A DNA stretch of 64,000 bases from Octopus bimaculoides (Eukaryota). Shown here piece by piece: positions 12,486 to 64,000 of the stretch. The stretch is taken from NCBI RefSeq assembly GCF_001194135.2, contig NC_068997.1:31172747-31236746 (forward strand), in the 5' to 3' direction. The notes under the pieces were generated by a model. It did no database searches. It was not told the DNA's origin and worked only from the letters and a program-made list of their open reading frames with translations. The translations under genes and the position numbers were made by a program. Each line of letters starts with the position of its first letter. Position 1 is the first letter of the stretch.

Positions 12486-12890
12486 AACTAGAAAGCACTC
12501 GGAGAGCGCAGACCTCCGACAAGCAGCTCATTTTAAAATAGATACGCAAGTAAAATTAGTAAAAGAGAAACAAAATTAACTTTGGAAACAGCAACGCTAC
12601 CATAGGTTACGTGAAAACGATGAACGAGTTTCCAAGGAAGATAATCAAAGAACGTAACATTGTAATACTTCATGTAAAGTAGGTATAACAAATGAAAAAT
12701 CCTTGAAGAATCCATAAAAAATTTCGGATCACTACTAAATTTTCATCATCTGTTCCTTGTGTCCCTACCAACTTTTCCTAGCAGTTTCATCAAATACTGT
12801 TCACAATGTTTTGAGTTATTTTGCACACAGACGGACAGATAGACAAACCAACGCCGATCGAAACATAACCTGCTTCCTTGGCGGAGGGAA
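12486..12890 (+). mobile_element. Helentron-associated (HINE/DINE-1-like) non-autonomous element
   Basis: 5' aactagaaagcactcggagagcgcagacctccgacaag; 3' acagacggacagatagaca..aacataacc..ccttggcggagg; subterminal inverted pair cctccg.caag / cttggcggagg. Confidence 0.6.
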
Positions 12891-13074
12891 CAAACACATG
12901 GAAAACGAACTTTTTTTCGAACGACGAAAGAAACAAATAGAGAAACGAGACAAGCAACATAAAGAACAATCCCTTCATCAGTTGTCCCCTGTTTTATCTC
13001 TACTCCGCGTTTCGAACGTTGAGACAAGCCGCGACTTCGTTTAAACCGTCGTTTCCGCAAAGCAAATTAATATA

Positions 13075-15198
13075 TATATCATATGTATATGCATGGAATT
13101 TACTAAACAAACAAAAGACTACGACAAGTGAGTAAACAACAAACAGGTGTATTAGTTTGACGGTCGGGAAGGTGAGAAAGTCTTTTACACTTCGAGCCTA
13201 CGCTCTTCAACGAAAAGGAATACAAGAAAATAAACAGAGAGAATAAAACAAACGTTAGTGGTTAGTGGTCGATTATGGCGATGGCCGGAGAGAAGTGGTC
13301 AGACAGGAGAGATAGGAAGAAGGGGAGATAATAAAGTAGTGGTGATCCCAAAATGAAGGTGCGCGTGCGTAACATGTGAGAGCGTGTGAATTGCGACTGG
13401 TGATCTTTACGTGTGGATGAGGGTGTTGTGGTGTAGTGATGTGTGGTGTGGTAGTATGTGGTGTGCTGTTGTTGGGGTGTGGGTTATGTGGATGTGGGGT
13501 TGGGATGTGTAGGGGTGAGGTGTGGATGGAGGGGTAACAATGAAAGGAGAGGGTGGAAGGGAGAAAGTGGGAGGGAGTGAAGAGAGCAGTTAAGTGTGAG
13601 ATGAAGAGAGGGGAGAGGAGAGGAGTTAGATTAAATGTGGACGGGAATTTAGCCCAAATGGAGCAAAGGAGCGAAGAGAGAAGATTAATTCCTGTTCACG
13701 GCGAACACGGGAATCCCGATGGCTCCTGTGCAAGGACAATCCGAACACAGACAGGTGTTGTAAATAATGACCGGTAGAGCGGAAATGGCGCTCTACCGGT
13801 TGTCGTTACCGAGCCTGATGTCTTGGAGGTGTTCTTCAATCCGGTCAGCCAAGTGGCGTCTTGTTTGACCGATGTACAGAGAAGGACAGGGAGAGCAGGA
13901 GATGCAGTAAATGACGTTGCTAGAAGTGCAGGTGAAGGAGTCAGTGATATGATAGGGACGATGATGGGTGCCTGTGAGGATGGCGATGCTAGAGAGGTAG
14001 GGACAAGTGCGGCAGCGTGGGCAGGAGCAGGGGAACGAGCATGGTTGGGTGATGGGGTTAGGGAAGAAGGGTAGGTTAAGGAAGATGTGAGAAGTGGAGG
14101 GTCGGACTAGAGTCGCCGGAAGGTGCGTTAAATGATGCGTTGGAGAGGCAGGGTGGAGGGGTGGTAGGTGAGGGGAAACGGGAGACAGGTAATGGCGGGG
14201 TTGTTGTGAGGAGAGAGAGCAGATGCCCAACCCACAGAACGTGCTCTGGCAAGGGCAGTGTGGATAGTGGTGAGGGGATATCCATGCAGCATGAAGTGGC
14301 GAGCCATGAGTTGAGACTGAGTCTCAAAGCAATGGTTATCACTGCAGAGCCTGCGCAGACAGAGGAATTGGGAATAGGGGATGGAGAGTTTGGTGTGTTT
14401 AGGGTGGGAGGAGGAGAAACTGAGGTATGAATGTGAGTCGGTGTGTTTGTAGTGGATGGAGGTCGTGACAGTGGAGTGATGAATGCTAACCGAAATGTCG
14501 AGAATGGCGATGGAAGTGTTGGAAATAGCGCAGGATGGAAAGATTGGAGAAAAGAGAGGAAGAAGTCTAGTTGTTCGCGGGAGAGCGAGGTAGTACGACA
14601 GTATTGTTCGAGAGTGGGACCATTGAATCTTGAAAATATTAAGGCCTCAACGTAGCCAACGAACAGGTTCGCATAGTTGGCGCCAATTGTCGATCACATG
14701 GCCATTCCCGAGAACTGTTCGTAAAAATCACCCGCGAACGAGAAGCAGTTAAGAGAGAGAACAAGTTCGGCCAGGCGAAGAAGTGTGGATGTGTGAGGTT
14801 GGGAGTTAGATCGAATGTCTAGGTAGTTTTTGAGGGCAAGAAGCCTCTTGTGGTGTGGGATCACCGTATATAGGCTCTTGATGTCAAGCGAAGTTTAGCA
14901 GGACCAGGAGGGAAGGAGAAAGAATTGATTAGTGTCATGGATGTGAGAGGGGAGGGAAGCCACTTGGGGGGCAAGGACACGGTCAAGATATTTGAGATGA
15001 GTTCCGTGGGGTAGTTACAGGCGGAGTTTGTGGATTTTAGGAAGGAAGTAAATTGTGGGGGTGCTTGGGGTGCGAACAATGAAGTTAGAGGCGTGGGGAG
15101 ACGGCAGTTGGAGATGAGGTCATGGATAGTGGAGGACACCATCTGTTGGTAGCTAGGTGTGGGGTTGGAGGGCAGAGGGCCATAGAAGGAGGTGTCTT
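13075..15198 (-). mobile_element. Penelope-like element (Neptune-like Cys-rich linker), RT + GIY-YIG + 3' UTR, 5'-truncated and frameshifted
   Basis: CPRCRTCPY..FTCTSSNVIYCISC..LYIGQTRRHLADRIEEHLQDI; RT remnants SACNYPTELIS, SLYTVIPH, LVLSLNCFSF..GMAM..ANYANLFVG. Confidence 0.9.
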
Positions 15199-15715
15199 TT
15201 ATTTTGTATGACTATACATGATCTTTCTGCTTTCCTGTATGTATGATTGAAATCTACCTGAAGTTGACGGGGTTTTGCACTGATATAGTTTAAGAATGTG
15301 TAAATGAAATGCTACTGAAACAGTCGTTTTGAATTTTGAATCACGCTTCTTTTCATGTTTGACATCACTACACTTTGACATCAATTGGTTGAATCTACAG
15401 TTAATATTGATTTGAGTACCTATGTGTATATATACAGTTATATAAGGGTAAGATCCAGGAATCAAAGTCTCTGAAATCTTTAACCATCAAACGGTCTATA
15501 GCAGGTACAGAATGCAAAAAGTGGACAGTGTATGATCAAAAATAATACCAATTTATTGGCGTTGAATGTTACACACTTTTCCCATATTAAAGTTACGAGG
15601 AAATTCGATAAGCTGAAACGTTCTGTACAGCTCACGGTTAGCAAATAGAGTTGCAATGAATGCGTATAAAAATCAAAATTAAGAGAGTGGAAATGCTAAA
15701 ATCCAGTCTACATAA

Positions 15716-15953
15716 CCTCTGATGTAATAATTACTCAAAGGGGTACTCATCTAAGCTGTTCATCAAACTAAGAATACATTAATTATATGAAGGTCACATT
15801 GCCGCTTGGGAAGGTTAACACGCTACAAATGTGAGTTAACGGTCTGTGGTGAGGTGACTTGGAATTTCCAGGCGAGAAAGGTGATTAAGGTATTCTCAGT
15901 CTGGTGATTAGCTACGTTAAGTACTCCTTGTTGAGTAATTATCACATCAGAGG
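15716..15953. mobile_element. Small MITE with ~32-bp TIRs
   Basis: cctctgatgtaataattactcaa.. at the left end and ..ttgagtaattatcacatcagagg at the right end. Confidence 0.65.
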
Positions 15954-16423
15954 ATCAGCTAGCTAGGAAATACATGTAGCTTGCATTTTAGTTGTGCTAC
16001 AAATTTCCCTGCTTCGTTCTGTTCTTTTCATGTCTATCCTATCATAAAGAAGAACGAATACTGGAAATATAGATACTTTCTTTTTCTTTTTTACCATCAA
16101 ACTTATACCAACTCAGTGTATATGTTTTACGTTCCTTTTGTTTTATATTCTTCGTAATATTTGCAGCATTTATAATTATGTGCAGGTGCATATATATATA
16201 TTTATATACGTATGGAGAGAGAATGAGTTGGGACAGAATGGTGATAACATTAGACAAATAAACAATAAATATTTTGTAAGCATTCAGTTTATTAAAATTT
16301 ACTATAAGCAATTTTTAAAATATATTCCTAATTAATGTTAGGAATATATTTGAAATAGTTTTCTTCCTCTTTAGCAGAAGTAAAAGTTGATTTAGATGAA
16401 GTGATAAAAAAATATTATCTTAC

Positions 16424-63865
<47,442 letters not shown>

Positions 63866-64000
63866 CTATATGTAACAAAAAAACACATTGAATTAATGTA
63901 ACATAATGTTTGATAAAATGGGGGCGGGGTTAAATATCTAGATACTGATAATTTGCTGAATAAATTTATTGTGGGATGTTATTGCTTGTATCCATAATAT

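Noticed and set aside
15255-15420. Open minus-strand stretch with AG/GT as a candidate next TRPM exon
   Set aside because: No TRPM similarity, phase 1 rather than the required phase 0, and no polypyrimidine tract.

Overview
AT-rich, microsatellite- and transposon-dense animal DNA with five assembly gaps. The repeat families suggest an octopus/cephalopod (inference). The only host gene is a TRPM-family (TRPM2-like) channel on the minus strand. I reconstructed seven consecutive coding exons by hand (63685-63865, 43917-44080, 34110-34284, 28358-28470, 26496-26569, 24974-25158, 16424-16521). All have GT-AG ends and matching phases, and together they give 330 uninterrupted codons of the N-terminal MHR1/2 (SLOG) to MHR3 region. 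The ORF track shows only two of these exons. The rest is intronic and full of decayed elements: Penelope-like elements of at least three types, RLE non-LTR elements (HERO-, CRE-, R4/Dong-like), RTE, Tx1/L1, mariner/Tc1, piggyBac, Merlin, Helitron-type pieces, tRNA-derived SINEs and foldback MITEs. I see no clear new multi-gene system. The most interesting items are the divergent ligand pocket of the TRPM, a type I hammerhead ribozyme topology at 21692-21761, a MITE carrying opposed TTAGGG/CCCTAA arrays, a 171-bp near-identical intronic duplication with a 13-mer stutter, and an RTE with a twin-priming-like inversion. All element clade names come from motif recognition, not database searches.
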